Origin: an uncultured Gemmatimonadales bacterium | GTDB lineage: Bacteria; Gemmatimonadota; Gemmatimonadetes; Gemmatimonadales; GWC2-71-9 | Assembly (NCBI GenBank): GCA_963730185.1 | Contig: CAVSQW010000008.1 | Location: forward strand, 128,001 to 192,000 | Reading direction: 5' to 3' | Length of the DNA stretch: 64,000 bases | Shown: one piece after another, positions 9,617-19,639 of the stretch | How the letters are laid out: each line of letters opens with the position of its first letter | How positions within the stretch are numbered: position 1 is the first letter of the stretch | The notes under the pieces: model-generated | Told to the model about the DNA's origin: nothing | Database searches by the model: none | What the model saw: only the letters and a program-made list of their open reading frames with translations | Program-made: the position numbers and the translations under genes

Positions 9617-9670
9617 CGGATCCCGTGGGCAGGACGGCCGCGCCGCTCGACGCTGGGTGGCGGGCGGCGG

Positions 9671-11428
9671 CTACGGCTTGGGAACGACTCGCGGCTCGGC
9701 CACGATCGGAAGGGACACGAACGACGCCCGGGCCCCGCTCCGATAGACCGCTTGCCGGGCCACCACCGGCTCGGTCTCGAGCCCGAGATCGCCGCCGGTG
9801 TTGAAGTTGGGCACCAGGAGCGGAAACGCGGCCGACATCACCGAGAGCCGGAGCCGCTCGCCCGGCTTCACCGCCACGCAGGTTCCCCAGAGATCGAGGT
9901 CGTAGCGCTCCACCCGACCCGGGACGAGCGGATCGTTCCGGAAGTTGCCGTGCCGTTCCCGGGCCCGGACCCAGCCCTCCGTGAGCCGTTGCGAGTACCC
10001 GTCGGCGTGGACCAGCGAGAGCCGGGCGAGCCAGTCGGTGTCCCGGGCCGACGAGGCGGCGTTGAGGGTGGCGCGCACCGGGCCGCACACGGTCATCGTG
10101 GTCCGGGGCGACGGCATGGTGTAGACGAGCACGTCGCCGCGGGCCTCGACCGGTCGGTAGTCGTCGGGATTGCCCGAGTCCACGTTGCGCTCCCAGAGGA
10201 ACGGGGTCGGATTGGCGGGATCGTAGGCGTAGCGGTCGGCCGCGGTCGTGTCTCCGGGCCGGGGAACCGCGGACGAGAGTGTCCCGCGGCCGCTCCCATC
10301 TCGATCGAGGTAGTAGGGCACCATCCGAGTGCCGGGAAGGGGCCAGTCGTCGCCGCCGATCCAGCGATTGGCGCCCATCTCGAACACCCTGACCCGGGGC
10401 CAGCCGATCGGTTCGCGGGACCCCTCCCGGAGGTAGTGCTCGAACCAGGCGTTTGCCATCGCGTCCAGGTCCACCCGTGACGCCTCCCCGAAGTCGACGG
10501 CGCCGAGCCGGGTCTTCCGGGAGTCGGTGGCCACCCAGTGCCGCCACGGTCCGACCACCAGGTACTGGTGCTCCCGCGCGCCGGCGGCGCCGCGGGTCCG
10601 CATCGCCGCGAAGTTCTCCAGGCTCCCGCCTAACGTGCCGTCGTACCACCCGCTGACGTGCAGCATCGGGACCCGCGATTCCGGCAGCCGGTCCTGGTAG
10701 CTCCGGGCTTTCCAGTACTCGGCATCCTCGAGATGGTCCAGATATTCGCGCCAGATCGAGGAGCGGGCGCCGATGGCGAGGTCGGCATCCCGGATCGGCC
10801 GGGTGCGGTAGGCGGCCACCAGGTCGAACAGCGCGTACGGCAGGCTCCGGGTGGTCCGTCCCTCGACCACCATCGCCCATTCCAGCATGCCGAACGAGAG
10901 CCCGCCGTGCCGCTGGGGCCAGAAGCCGCCGGGATCCGGCGGGGTGACCGTCGGGATCATGGCCCGAAGGGCCGGGTTGTTGAGCGGGGCGGGGAGCACC
11001 TGGGTCCAGCCGGCGTACGATCCGCCCACGGTCCCGACCCGGCCGTTGGACCACGGTTGCCGGGCGATCCAGCTCTGGGTGTCGAACCCGTCCTGGACTT
11101 CCTGGACGAGGGGATCGAACCGGCCCTCCGAGTCGCCCCGGCCGCGGACATCCTGGATGACGTAGGCATATCCCTGTGCCACCCACCGGAGGCCGGTCGC
11201 GGCGTAGCCTTCGCTGGTGCGGACGTACGGGGTGCGCTCGAGGATGGCGGCGACCGGGGTCGTGCCGGCCGGACGGTAGACGTCGGCGACCAGGGTAACA
11301 CCGTCGCTCATCGTGACCCGGGCGGCGAACTCGCGGACGACCGGTGGGGGCTCCTGCCCGGTGACCGACGTCGTCACCACGGCAAGAAAGCCGACGGTGT
11401 GGAGGCAGTGTCGGACGATACAACCCAT
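9671..11428 (-). CDS. CocE/NonD family hydrolase
   Basis: RTPY, QDVRGRGDSEG, WSNGRVG, GGSYAG and GWYD motifs; C-terminal PepX-like domain. Confidence 0.9.
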   Translation of the reverse strand: MGCIVRHCLHTVGFLAVVTTSVTGQEPPPVVREFAARVTMSDGVTLVADVYRPAGTTPVAAILERTPYVRTSEGYAATGLRWVAQGYAYVIQDVRGRGDSEGRFDPLVQEVQDGFDTQSWIARQPWSNGRVGTVGGSYAGWTQVLPAPLNNPALRAMIPTVTPPDPGGFWPQRHGGLSFGMLEWAMVVEGRTTRSLPYALFDLVAAYRTRPIRDADLAIGARSSIWREYLDHLEDAEYWKARSYQDRLPESRVPMLHVSGWYDGTLGGSLENFAAMRTRGAAGAREHQYLVVGPWRHWVATDSRKTRLGAVDFGEASRVDLDAMANAWFEHYLREGSREPIGWPRVRVFEMGANRWIGGDDWPLPGTRMVPYYLDRDGSGRGTLSSAVPRPGDTTAADRYAYDPANPTPFLWERNVDSGNPDDYRPVEARGDVLVYTMPSPRTTMTVCGPVRATLNAASSARDTDWLARLSLVHADGYSQRLTEGWVRARERHGNFRNDPLVPGRVERYDLDLWGTCVAVKPGERLRLSVMSAAFPLLVPNFNTGGDLGLETEPVVARQAVYRSGARASFVSLPIVAEPRVVPKP

Positions 11429-11507
11429 CGGTGGCCTCCTGGGACGGGACCCGCCGACCGCGGGACTCGAACCGCTGCGCGCGGGATGGTCGAGCCAGGG
11501 CGACGAC

Positions 11508-12950
11508 CTACGCTCCGAAGAAGATGCCCGGGCGGCGGCCCGCCCAGGGCGCCGCCTCCTCCAGCTGCCGGCCGATCTGGAGCAACGTCGCCTCGTCGCC
11601 GAGCCGCCCCACGAAGTGCATCCCGATGGGAAGCCCATCCGCCGACTGATGGAGCGGCAGGCTGATGGCGGGCTGACCGGTGGCGTTGAACGGGGCGGTG
11701 AACGGCGCGAGGTCGAGGATGTGCTTGATCCACTCCGCCGCGCCCATCTCCGCCGTCGCGTCCATGACCCCCAGCTTCACCGGCGGCACCGCCATCGTCG
11801 GGGTGAGCCAGAGATCGTAATCGGAAAAGAACGCTCCCATCTGGCGGGCCAGGCCGTTGATCCGGGCGAACGCTCCCCCTAAGTCGAACGCCGTCATCCT
11901 CTTCCCGTACTCGTAGATCGCCAGCGTGGTGGCCTCGAGGTTCTCCCGGCTCGGCACCCGTCCGGTCAGCTGCTGGATCAGGCCGATGCCGTTGCCGAAA
12001 TAGGCCGCGGCCAAGTCGAGGAAGTTGAGGCCCGCCGCCTCATGGTCGAACGTGGGCGACGCCTCCTCCACGACATGGCCGAGGTCGGCGAGGAGCTTGG
12101 CGGTGCGCTCGACGCCGGCCCGGCAGTCGGGGTGCATCGGGGCGGCCCCGTCGGGGCTCCGGAGCGTGAACGCGATCCGAAGCGGCTTGGGCGCCTGCCC
12201 GATCAGCGTGGCGTACGGAGCCGGCGGCGGGGGGAGCATCAGCCGGGCGCCGACGTCGGGCCCGTGGGTGGCGTCGAGCACGGCGGCGGTGTCGCGGACG
12301 GTCCGGCTCACCACCAGCTCGACCCCCATGCCGAAGATCAGGTCGTCACTGTCGGGGCCCGACGGCATCCGGCCCCGCGACGGCTTGAGACCGACCAGGC
12401 CGCAGCACGACGCCGGGATCCGAATGGATCCGCCGCCGTCGTTGGCGTGCGCGAACGGCACCACTCCGGCCGACACCGCCGCCGCGCTCCCGCCCGACGA
12501 GCCTCCGGTGCTGTGAGCCGGATTCCAGGGATTGCGGCTCGGTCCCTTGGACACCGGCTCGGTGGACGCGTTGCAGCCGAACTCCGGCGTGTTGGTCCGC
12601 CCCAAGGTGACCAGGCCGGCCCGCTTGAAGCGGATCGCCAGCTCGGTGTCGTGGGGAAACATGAATCCGGCCGCGAACCGGCTCCCCATCTCGTGCGGGA
12701 CGTTGGCGTAGTGCATCCCGATGTCCTTGATCAGGAACGGCACCCCCGCAAAGGGGCCGTCCTTCGGCCCGCGGGCCAGGGCCTCGTCCGCCACCGCGTC
12801 CAACCGTCCGATCACCGCATTGAGCCTCGGATTGACCTCGTCGATCGCGGCTCGAGCGGTGGCGGCGAGCTCGGCGGGGGTCACCTCACCTCGCGAGACC
12901 AGACCGGCCAGGGCGACGCCATCGAGGGCGGTGTACTCGGAGGGCTTCAT
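11508..12950 (-). CDS. Amidase (amidase signature family)
   Basis: GVPFLIKD, GGSSGGSAAAV and DGGGSIRIPASCCG. Confidence 0.92.
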   Translation of the reverse strand: MKPSEYTALDGVALAGLVSRGEVTPAELAATARAAIDEVNPRLNAVIGRLDAVADEALARGPKDGPFAGVPFLIKDIGMHYANVPHEMGSRFAAGFMFPHDTELAIRFKRAGLVTLGRTNTPEFGCNASTEPVSKGPSRNPWNPAHSTGGSSGGSAAAVSAGVVPFAHANDGGGSIRIPASCCGLVGLKPSRGRMPSGPDSDDLIFGMGVELVVSRTVRDTAAVLDATHGPDVGARLMLPPPPAPYATLIGQAPKPLRIAFTLRSPDGAAPMHPDCRAGVERTAKLLADLGHVVEEASPTFDHEAAGLNFLDLAAAYFGNGIGLIQQLTGRVPSRENLEATTLAIYEYGKRMTAFDLGGAFARINGLARQMGAFFSDYDLWLTPTMAVPPVKLGVMDATAEMGAAEWIKHILDLAPFTAPFNATGQPAISLPLHQSADGLPIGMHFVGRLGDEATLLQIGRQLEEAAPWAGRRPGIFFGA

Positions 12951-13093
12951 CGGAATCTCTCGGCAGAGTGGAATGGAGCTATGGGGTCGCCCAGAGTGTA
13001 CGGCTCGCGCCGGATGGCCGCCAGCGGCCGGAGTTGCTCGGAGGACCCGAAGGGGAGAACTTCGCCGAGTCGATCAAAGGCCAGGGGTTCCGC

Positions 13094-13645
13094 GTGAACA
13101 AGATCCAGATCCAAGGGACGCATCACATCACCATCGTCGGCTCGACCCGACGGAGCGCCATCGATTTTTGGGAAGGCCTGCTGGGCATGCCGTTCGTCTT
13201 CGAGCAGCCCAACCTCGGCAACCCCGAGGAGAACCACCTCTACTTCGATCCCGGCGATGGCCGCCTGCTCACCGTCTTTACCAACGAGGCCAGGACCGAC
13301 GCGGGCCGCCGGGCGCCGCGCGAGGTCGGGTGCATCGACCACCTGGCGTTCAACGTCTCCCGCGCCACCTTCCTCCAGGCGCCGGCCCGCCTGCAAGAGC
13401 GCGGCGTGGAGTTCTACGAGCGCGACCGCGGCTTCATGAATTCGATCTACCTCAGAGATCCGAACGGGATGACGGTCGAGCTGGCCTGCTACAAGTTCGA
13501 GCCGCCGGCGGGCTTCAGCGCGGTGGACGTCCTGATGAAGGCCCACCGGCTCCGAACCGAGCGCCAGGACCATCACATCGACGAAGGGCACCTGGCCGAC
13601 GCGATCGCGGCCCTGATGGAGACGCGGGACCGACTCGAGCGCTGA
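13094..13645 (+). CDS. VOC/glyoxalase family protein
   Basis: GTHHITI, IDHLAF and SIYLRDPNG motifs; GTG start. Confidence 0.87.
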   Translation: MNKIQIQGTHHITIVGSTRRSAIDFWEGLLGMPFVFEQPNLGNPEENHLYFDPGDGRLLTVFTNEARTDAGRRAPREVGCIDHLAFNVSRATFLQAPARLQERGVEFYERDRGFMNSIYLRDPNGMTVELACYKFEPPAGFSAVDVLMKAHRLRTERQDHHIDEGHLADAIAALMETRDRLER

Positions 13646-13662
13646 CGCCCCCCCCGGGCGCT

Positions 13663-13734
13663 CCCATCGCCTATCGATGGGGCTTGACGGCCGAAGGGCC
13701 GAAGGTAATCTTCGTCCCATCGATAGACGATGGG
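13663..13734 (+). promoter_or_regulatory. padR promoter (TTGACG-16bp-TAATCT) flanked by two CCCATCG-N5-CGATGGG palindromes
   Basis: Palindromes at 13663-13681 and 13716-13734; -35 at 13684-13689, -10 at 13706-13711. Confidence 0.7.
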
Positions 13735-13741
13735 AAAGGCC

Positions 13742-14077
13742 ATGCCGCCTCGAAAGTCGCCCGACCTGCTCCCGGGCACGCTCGACCTCCTGGTTCTCAA
13801 AGCCGCCGCGGTCGGACGAATGCACGGCTACGGCATCGCTCAGCACCTCAAGGCCGTCACCGACGACGTGCTGGAGGTAGGCGAGAGCTCCCTCTATCCG
13901 GCCCTGCAGCGCCTGCTCCTGAATGGCTACCTCGAGTCGGAGTGGGGGCTCTCGGAGAACAACCGGCGAGCGCGCTACTACACGTTGACGGCCGCCGGGC
14001 GAAAGCACCTGGCGGCCGAGCGGGCGGAGTTCGAGCGGATGATGGTCGCGATCCAACGGGTGCTTGCCACCGGGTGA
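13742..14077 (+). CDS. PadR family transcriptional regulator (acidobacterial type)
   Basis: GTLDLLVLK, MHGYGIA, SLYPALQRL and WGLSENNRRARYY. Alternative start at 13730. Confidence 0.92.
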   Translation: MPPRKSPDLLPGTLDLLVLKAAAVGRMHGYGIAQHLKAVTDDVLEVGESSLYPALQRLLLNGYLESEWGLSENNRRARYYTLTAAGRKHLAAERAEFERMMVAIQRVLATG

Positions 14078-14084
14078 GGGTGCC

Positions 14085-16721
14085 ATGAGACTGCTGCGAC
14101 GGCTGGGCTGGTGGCTCCGGCGGCGGACCCGCGAGGCGGAGCTGGCCGAGGAGATGGCGCTGCACGAGGAGCTGAAGGAGCGGGAGCTGGCCGCGCGCGG
14201 GCTCGGGCCGGACCAGGTTCGGGCGGCCCGGCGGCGGGCAATGGGGAACGCCACCGCCATGGCGGAGGAGGCCCGGGGCATCTGGGTCTGGCCGTGGCTC
14301 GATCGGCTGGTCCAGGACCTTCGCTACGCCTTCCGGTCGGCCCGGAAGAATCCGACCTTCTCGCTGGGGGTGATCGGGATCACGGCGTTAGGGGTCGGCG
14401 CCACCACCACCATCTTCAGCGTGGTCGACGGCGTGGTCCTCCACCCGCTGCCCTATCCCGCCGCCGACCGTCTGGTCTTCTTCGACTGGGGGTCGCACTC
14501 ACCGCCCCGGTTCCGGGATTGGCAGCGGAGAATGCCGTTCATCGAGCGGTGGGCGGCCGCGTGGCCCGAGGAGCAGGATCTCGCGGGCGAAGGCCGGCCC
14601 GAGCGCCTCGGCACCGCCAAGATCTCGCCCGATTTCTTTGCGGTCTTCGGGGTCCGCCCCATCCTGGGCCGGGCGTTCACGGCCGGCGACTATGCCGAAC
14701 GCACGCCCGTGGTGATCCTGGGCGAGCGGCTCTGGCGGCGGCGCTTCGGCGCCGACTCGTCGATCGTCGGTCGGACCCTGGACTTGAGCGGCCGGCGTCT
14801 GACGGTGGTCGGGGTCGCCAGCGACCTGGGCGAGCTGCCGCGTGTCCTCCGGACCAGGACGGAGGTGTGGGAGCCGCTCACCTTCTCGCCCCAGCTGGCC
14901 GCGGACTTTCACTACTCCATCCTCTCCATCGTCGGGCGCCTGAAGCCGGGGGTGACCGTCGATCAGGCCCGGGCCGAGCTCCGGACCCTGGCGCCGCGCC
15001 TGGCTCGGGAGGATCCCCAGGTCAATGGCGAGGACGACGGGAAGCCCTTTCCGATTCCCATCGTGCCGCTTCAGAAGGCCATGGTCGCGGAGGTGGACCG
15101 GGCTCTGTTCACCCTCTTCGCCGCCGTCGGTCTGATGCTCCTGATCGCCTGCGCCAACGTCACCAACCTATACCTGGCGCGGAGCACCGACCGGAGCCGC
15201 GAGATGGCGGTCCGGGCGGCGCTCGGCGCCGGCCGCGGGCGCCTGACCCGGCAGCTGGTGACCGAGAGCGCTGCCCTGGGCCTCGTGGCCGGCGTGGTGG
15301 GGGCGGGGCTCGCGGTGCTCGGCGTGGCGGCTCTGGCTTCACGCTATCCCGGCGAGCTGCCCCGGGCGGGCGAGATCGCCGTGAACGGCCGAGTCCTCGT
15401 CTTCGCGATGGGCGTTTCCCTGCTCACCGGCCTGATCTTCGGCCTGGTGCCGTCGTTTGCCCTTCGGGAACGGCGGACCCACGAGGCGATCAAGGCGGGC
15501 GCCGCCGGGCAAGGCAGGCCGCGGAGCCGCCTCCGCGGAGGGCTGGTGATCGCCGAGATCGCGCTGGCGCTGGTGCTCCTGGTGGGGTCGGGGCTGCTCT
15601 TCCACTCGTTTCTCCAGATCGTCCGGGTCGATCCCGGCTTCGACCCCGCCGGGCTGGTGGTGGCCAAGCTGGCGCTGCGCCGGCCGATGACCATGGACAC
15701 GACGGTCCGCCGGCAGGACGCGGCCTGGCGGGTGACGTTCGCCAACACGATCGCGGACCGACTCCGCGCCATCCCCGGTGTAACCGACGCGACCTACGGG
15801 GTGGTGGCCCCGATGGCGCGCACCGGCACCGGTCGCTGCTGCTGGGGCGAGCGCGAGGTCAAGGCTGAAGACGGAACGGTGGTGCAAGGCCGGATTCTGC
15901 TCCATCCCGTGGGGCCGGGGTACTTCGAGACGATCCGGGCGCAGCTCGCGGGGCAGGGCTTCCTGGCCGGCGAGCGCTTCGGCCCGCCGGATCCGGTCGT
16001 GATCTCGGGCGAGCTGGCGACCCGACTCTATGGGGCGACCAATCCCATCGGCAAGAAGGTGATCACCGGGCACGACCAGTACGTGGTCCGGGGCGTGGTC
16101 ACCGGGCTCCACCAATGGGGGCTCGACCAGGAAACCGGGCTCGAGATCTTCGTGCCCTACGACGCCCTGGGCGGGGACTTCGACGCCCTTGACCTGACCG
16201 TGCGCACCACGGGAGACGGCGCCGCACTGGTGCCGGCGATCCGCCGCGCGGTCTGGGATCTCGAGCCGACCCTCCCGGCCGACGACATCCATCCGATGGC
16301 CGAGCTGATCGACACCTCGCTGGCCGGGCCGCGGTTCTACAGCACCTTGATGGGTGCGTTCGCGGGGTTGGCGCTGTTGCTGGCCGCCGCGGGGATCTAC
16401 GCCTCGATGCTGTACTCGGTCCGGCAGCGGACCCGGGAGCTCGGGATCCGGGTCGCGATGGGGGCCCAGACCGCGGACATCTCCCGGATGGTGGTGGGCG
16501 ACGCGAGCCGGCTCGCGCTCGTCGGGGTCGGGCTCGGCCTGGTGGGCGCGGTCGGGTTGGCGCGAGCGCTCGCCGCCTTCCTCTTCGGGATCGGGCCCGG
16601 CGATCCGCTCACCTTCGGCGGAGCGGCGGCGGCGCTCGCGGCGACCGTGCTGGTCGCGGCCTATCTCCCCGCCCGGCGGGCGGCGCGAGCCAACCCGTTG
16701 ACGGTGCTCCGGGCCGAGTGA
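14085..16721 (+). CDS. ADOP-type duplicated ABC permease (MacB/FtsX x2)
   Basis: QDLRYAFR, LLIACANVTNL, EMAVRAALGA and RTRELGIRVAMGA; ends LRAE; follows padR. Confidence 0.92.
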   Translation: MRLLRRLGWWLRRRTREAELAEEMALHEELKERELAARGLGPDQVRAARRRAMGNATAMAEEARGIWVWPWLDRLVQDLRYAFRSARKNPTFSLGVIGITALGVGATTTIFSVVDGVVLHPLPYPAADRLVFFDWGSHSPPRFRDWQRRMPFIERWAAAWPEEQDLAGEGRPERLGTAKISPDFFAVFGVRPILGRAFTAGDYAERTPVVILGERLWRRRFGADSSIVGRTLDLSGRRLTVVGVASDLGELPRVLRTRTEVWEPLTFSPQLAADFHYSILSIVGRLKPGVTVDQARAELRTLAPRLAREDPQVNGEDDGKPFPIPIVPLQKAMVAEVDRALFTLFAAVGLMLLIACANVTNLYLARSTDRSREMAVRAALGAGRGRLTRQLVTESAALGLVAGVVGAGLAVLGVAALASRYPGELPRAGEIAVNGRVLVFAMGVSLLTGLIFGLVPSFALRERRTHEAIKAGAAGQGRPRSRLRGGLVIAEIALALVLLVGSGLLFHSFLQIVRVDPGFDPAGLVVAKLALRRPMTMDTTVRRQDAAWRVTFANTIADRLRAIPGVTDATYGVVAPMARTGTGRCCWGEREVKAEDGTVVQGRILLHPVGPGYFETIRAQLAGQGFLAGERFGPPDPVVISGELATRLYGATNPIGKKVITGHDQYVVRGVVTGLHQWGLDQETGLEIFVPYDALGGDFDALDLTVRTTGDGAALVPAIRRAVWDLEPTLPADDIHPMAELIDTSLAGPRFYSTLMGAFAGLALLLAAAGIYASMLYSVRQRTRELGIRVAMGAQTADISRMVVGDASRLALVGVGLGLVGAVGLARALAAFLFGIGPGDPLTFGGAAAALAATVLVAAYLPARRAARANPLTVLRAE

Positions 16722-16750
16722 TCGGTGGTCCGGCGGCCGGGCCGGGCGCC

Positions 16751-17668
16751 TCAGTGGTGATGGTGCCGGTCGTCCTCGCCTAACGCGATCGCGCGCTCGC
16801 GGGCCAGCTGGGTCCGGAGGGTCGGCGTGGGCGCGGCGGCCGCGTCGAGGCGCGCCAGGGCCTCTCCCTCCGCGATTGCCCGGTCGGCGAGCGCCCGGGC
16901 CCGGGCTCGGTTCCCGGCCCGCTCGGCCGCCGCGAGCTGAGGTACCAGCCGGGCGAGCCGGCCGCGATGATCGGCCAGGGAATCGGCGAGGCCTCGCATT
17001 CTCGCCAGGTGCTCGACCAGCCGGGCGTAGGGGAGCCGGGCGCCGTACGACTCACCCAGGGCCAGGCCGAGCGCGCGGGTCCGATGGGCCCGGGCCGGGG
17101 TGGAGAGGTCGGCCGGGGTCGGGAGGGGGAGGCCGGTGACCCAATAGGGGAGGGCGACGTTGTCGTGGGCGAACGGGCCCTCCGGGTTGGGGATGGTCCA
17201 GACGTGCACCATCGCGATCTCCGGCGGTCTCGGATAGCCTCCCCGCGCCTTGCAGTCGTCCCCGCCGTCGGCCAGCACGTCGCCCTCGCCGGGGACGAAG
17301 GCGCAGGGCTGGTGGAGGTGCCAGGGCGTCGCCACCCCGCCGAGCTCGGTCGGCATCAGCGAGTCGGGGCCGATCCGCCGGCTGTAGGCCAGGCCCGCCT
17401 GCTTCCAGGTCCCCTGCACCGGCGCGAACATCACGAAGCTCGGCGAGTCGAGGTCGGGCGAGCCGCCGGCCACCCGCCAGCGGTGGAGCCAGTGCTGCCC
17501 CTGGAACGGGGTCAGGTCGGTGGCGCCCCGGAGGGCCAGCGGGCCGAAGCCCTCGCGCCGGGCCGCCCCGGTGTCGGCCAGCGCGGCGGCCGCTCGCCGC
17601 GCCTCGGCCACGACGCTGTCGGGCGACTGGAGGGCCGCGAGGAGCAAGAGCGGGGCGAACGGAATCAT
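16751..17668 (-). CDS. Hypothetical exported His-motif protein
   Basis: Signal peptide MIPFAPLLLLAAL; GQHW, WHLH, MVHVW and GPFAH motifs; C-terminal HHHH. Confidence 0.7.
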   Translation of the reverse strand: MIPFAPLLLLAALQSPDSVVAEARRAAAALADTGAARREGFGPLALRGATDLTPFQGQHWLHRWRVAGGSPDLDSPSFVMFAPVQGTWKQAGLAYSRRIGPDSLMPTELGGVATPWHLHQPCAFVPGEGDVLADGGDDCKARGGYPRPPEIAMVHVWTIPNPEGPFAHDNVALPYWVTGLPLPTPADLSTPARAHRTRALGLALGESYGARLPYARLVEHLARMRGLADSLADHRGRLARLVPQLAAAERAGNRARARALADRAIAEGEALARLDAAAAPTPTLRTQLARERAIALGEDDRHHHH

Positions 17669-17847
17669 GGCGTCCGGGCCAGGGCCTGTCTGGTCTCCCG
17701 GTCCAACAGCGGCCCGCGATCGCCTCGGGACCAGTCGGTGAGGATCCGCCGGGACGCCACGTCCAGGGCTGGCTCGGCCCGGGCGCTCGAGATCAGGAGC
17801 CCCGAGAGGGCGAGCCCCGCGCGGAGGGCCGTGGTGCGCTGAGACAA
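17665..17847 (-). CDS. Small hypothetical protein (60 aa, TTG start) coupled to the downstream gene
   Basis: GGAGA upstream of TTG, signal-like N-terminus, and its TGA overlaps the ATG at 17668 (ATGA). Confidence 0.35.
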   Translation of the reverse strand: MSQRTTALRAGLALSGLLISSARAEPALDVASRRILTDWSRGDRGPLLDRETRQALARTP

Positions 17848-18010
17848 GGGCGAGTCTCCCGGGAGGCGGTGTACCCCAAAGATGCCTCGGAGCGGGGCCT
17901 GGTTGCGAGTCCTGCGGCTGGGGCAGCCGGGCGGCCCGGCCCTCGCCGGCTCCGCCTCGACCGGGAGGCGAGCCGGCGGTAGGTTCCGGCATCCCCTCCA
18001 TGGAGATCGC

Positions 18011-19036
18011 ATGTCTCGCCTTGCGGCCCGATCGGCCGCGGTCACGATGGCCGTCCTCGGCCTGGTTGCGTGCCGCCCGAAGGAGGCTCCCCCCGCGGCG
18101 ACCCAGACCGAATGGACCGATCCCGCCTCGCACACCAGCGGCTTCGTCACGGTCAACGGCGTCCGGCTCAACTATCTCGACTGGGGCGGGACCGGGCCCT
18201 TCCTGATTCTGATCCACGGCTATGGCGACAACCCCCACGCCTTCGACGATCTGGCACCGGCCTTCACCGACCGGTTCCACGTGATCGGCTACGCCCGGCG
18301 CGGTCACGGGCGCTCGGAGTCCAAGGGGCCCTACGATGTCGCGACGCTGACGGAGGATCTCCGCCAGCTGATGGACAGCTTGAAGATTTCCAAGGCGGAC
18401 CTGGCCGGATGGTCGATGGGGGGCGACGAGGTGACGGCCATGGCGGGAACCCACCCCGACCGGGTCGGCAAGATCGTGTATCTGGATGCCGGGTACGATT
18501 GGGCCGACCCCGCCAACGTCGTCGCCTTCGACTCGATCCCGGCCGACCTCACTCCTCCGCCATCGGCGATGAAGTCGTACCAGTCGTACCGGGCCAGCCA
18601 CCTCGCCACCTGGTTCCCGGCCCTCGACGACCCCGGCCGGGTCGAGGCCTACATCCGCGACCTGGTGGACGTCCAGGCCGACGGCAGCGTCCTTCCCGCG
18701 ATGGACGACAGCGCCGGCGTCGCGCTCTATCACACCCTGCTCAACGACCGCCGCGACTACCCCAAGGTCAAGGCGCCGGCCCTCGCGATCTATGCCGAGA
18801 CCTTCTTCGACACCGTCCACGGCGATTCCGCCCAGCGGGTCAAGAACCTGGCCTGGGAGCGGAAGTTCTTCGCGCCCTTCCGCGAGGCGTCGATCGCCCG
18901 GATCCGGAAGGAGCTGCCGCAGGTCGAGGTGGTGCGGGTGCCGGGCACCCACGCCGACTTCCTCTTCGTGGCGCGCGACCAGGTCGTCGCCGCGATGCGA
19001 CGGTTCCTGGCGGACTCGGCCGAGGCCGGCCGATAG
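18011..19036 (+). CDS. Alpha/beta-fold hydrolase lipoprotein
   Basis: Lipobox LVAC; LIHG, RGHGRS and GWSMGG motifs. Confidence 0.88.
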   Translation: MSRLAARSAAVTMAVLGLVACRPKEAPPAATQTEWTDPASHTSGFVTVNGVRLNYLDWGGTGPFLILIHGYGDNPHAFDDLAPAFTDRFHVIGYARRGHGRSESKGPYDVATLTEDLRQLMDSLKISKADLAGWSMGGDEVTAMAGTHPDRVGKIVYLDAGYDWADPANVVAFDSIPADLTPPPSAMKSYQSYRASHLATWFPALDDPGRVEAYIRDLVDVQADGSVLPAMDDSAGVALYHTLLNDRRDYPKVKAPALAIYAETFFDTVHGDSAQRVKNLAWERKFFAPFREASIARIRKELPQVEVVRVPGTHADFLFVARDQVVAAMRRFLADSAEAGR

Positions 19037-19129
19037 GGGTCGGATCTCAGGGGTTGGCTTCCATTCAGCACGAGGAACGCGAAGAGCGGAGGATGGCCGC
19101 CCGGCGCTACACCGGGCCCGCCCGGCTGC

Positions 19130-19435
19130 CTAGCCCGGCGGCGCCTGGTCGGTCCGGGCCGCCTCGCGGAGCTGCACGATGGTCCGTTCCAGGAAGTCGA
19201 CCCGCTCTTGCGCCTCGGAGAGCGCCTCGCGTTGCTGCTGGAGCTCATCGACGAGGAGCATGAGGTCCTCGCGCAAGGAGCCGATGGCGTCCTGCGTGTC
19301 GCCGGCGCCGCCCTGCTCGTTCGGAAGGAGACCGGGGCGGGCCAGTAGCAGGCAGCGCGGGCTGCAGAAGCGATACTCTCCGAGCCGATGGCCCCCGAAG
19401 AGGATCGTTCTGTTGCAGCTGGCGCAGCGTGCCAT
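19130..19435 (-). CDS. Hypothetical protein with CxxC...CxxxC zinc-ribbon-like motif and coiled coil
   Basis: MARCASC...FCSPRC followed by a heptad-like EAQERVDFLER; GGAGG and a promoter upstream. Confidence 0.65.
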   Translation of the reverse strand: MARCASCNRTILFGGHRLGEYRFCSPRCLLLARPGLLPNEQGGAGDTQDAIGSLREDLMLLVDELQQQREALSEAQERVDFLERTIVQLREAARTDQAPPG

Positions 19436-19530
19436 CGTCGTTCCCGAGTGAGTAGCCGCCCGACGTCCCGATCCTCCAACCAAGGGGGCGCCCCACAGCT
19501 TACCAATCAATGGCGGAGCCGAGCAAGGCC

Positions 19531-19560
19531 AGTATCGGCGTCGGGCAAAGGCGTTGTCAA
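19531..19560 (-). promoter_or_regulatory. Sigma70-like promoter TTGACA-18bp-GATACT
   Basis: Perfect -35 on the minus strand at 19555-19560, upstream of the 19435 gene. Confidence 0.5.
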
Positions 19561-19639
19561 ACTCCGTTTGCGCCGGCTGGGCAGGTCTCCGTTCAGCCGT
19601 CCCCCAATCCGGTGCGGAGATCGCGACCTCCACGCCCGA

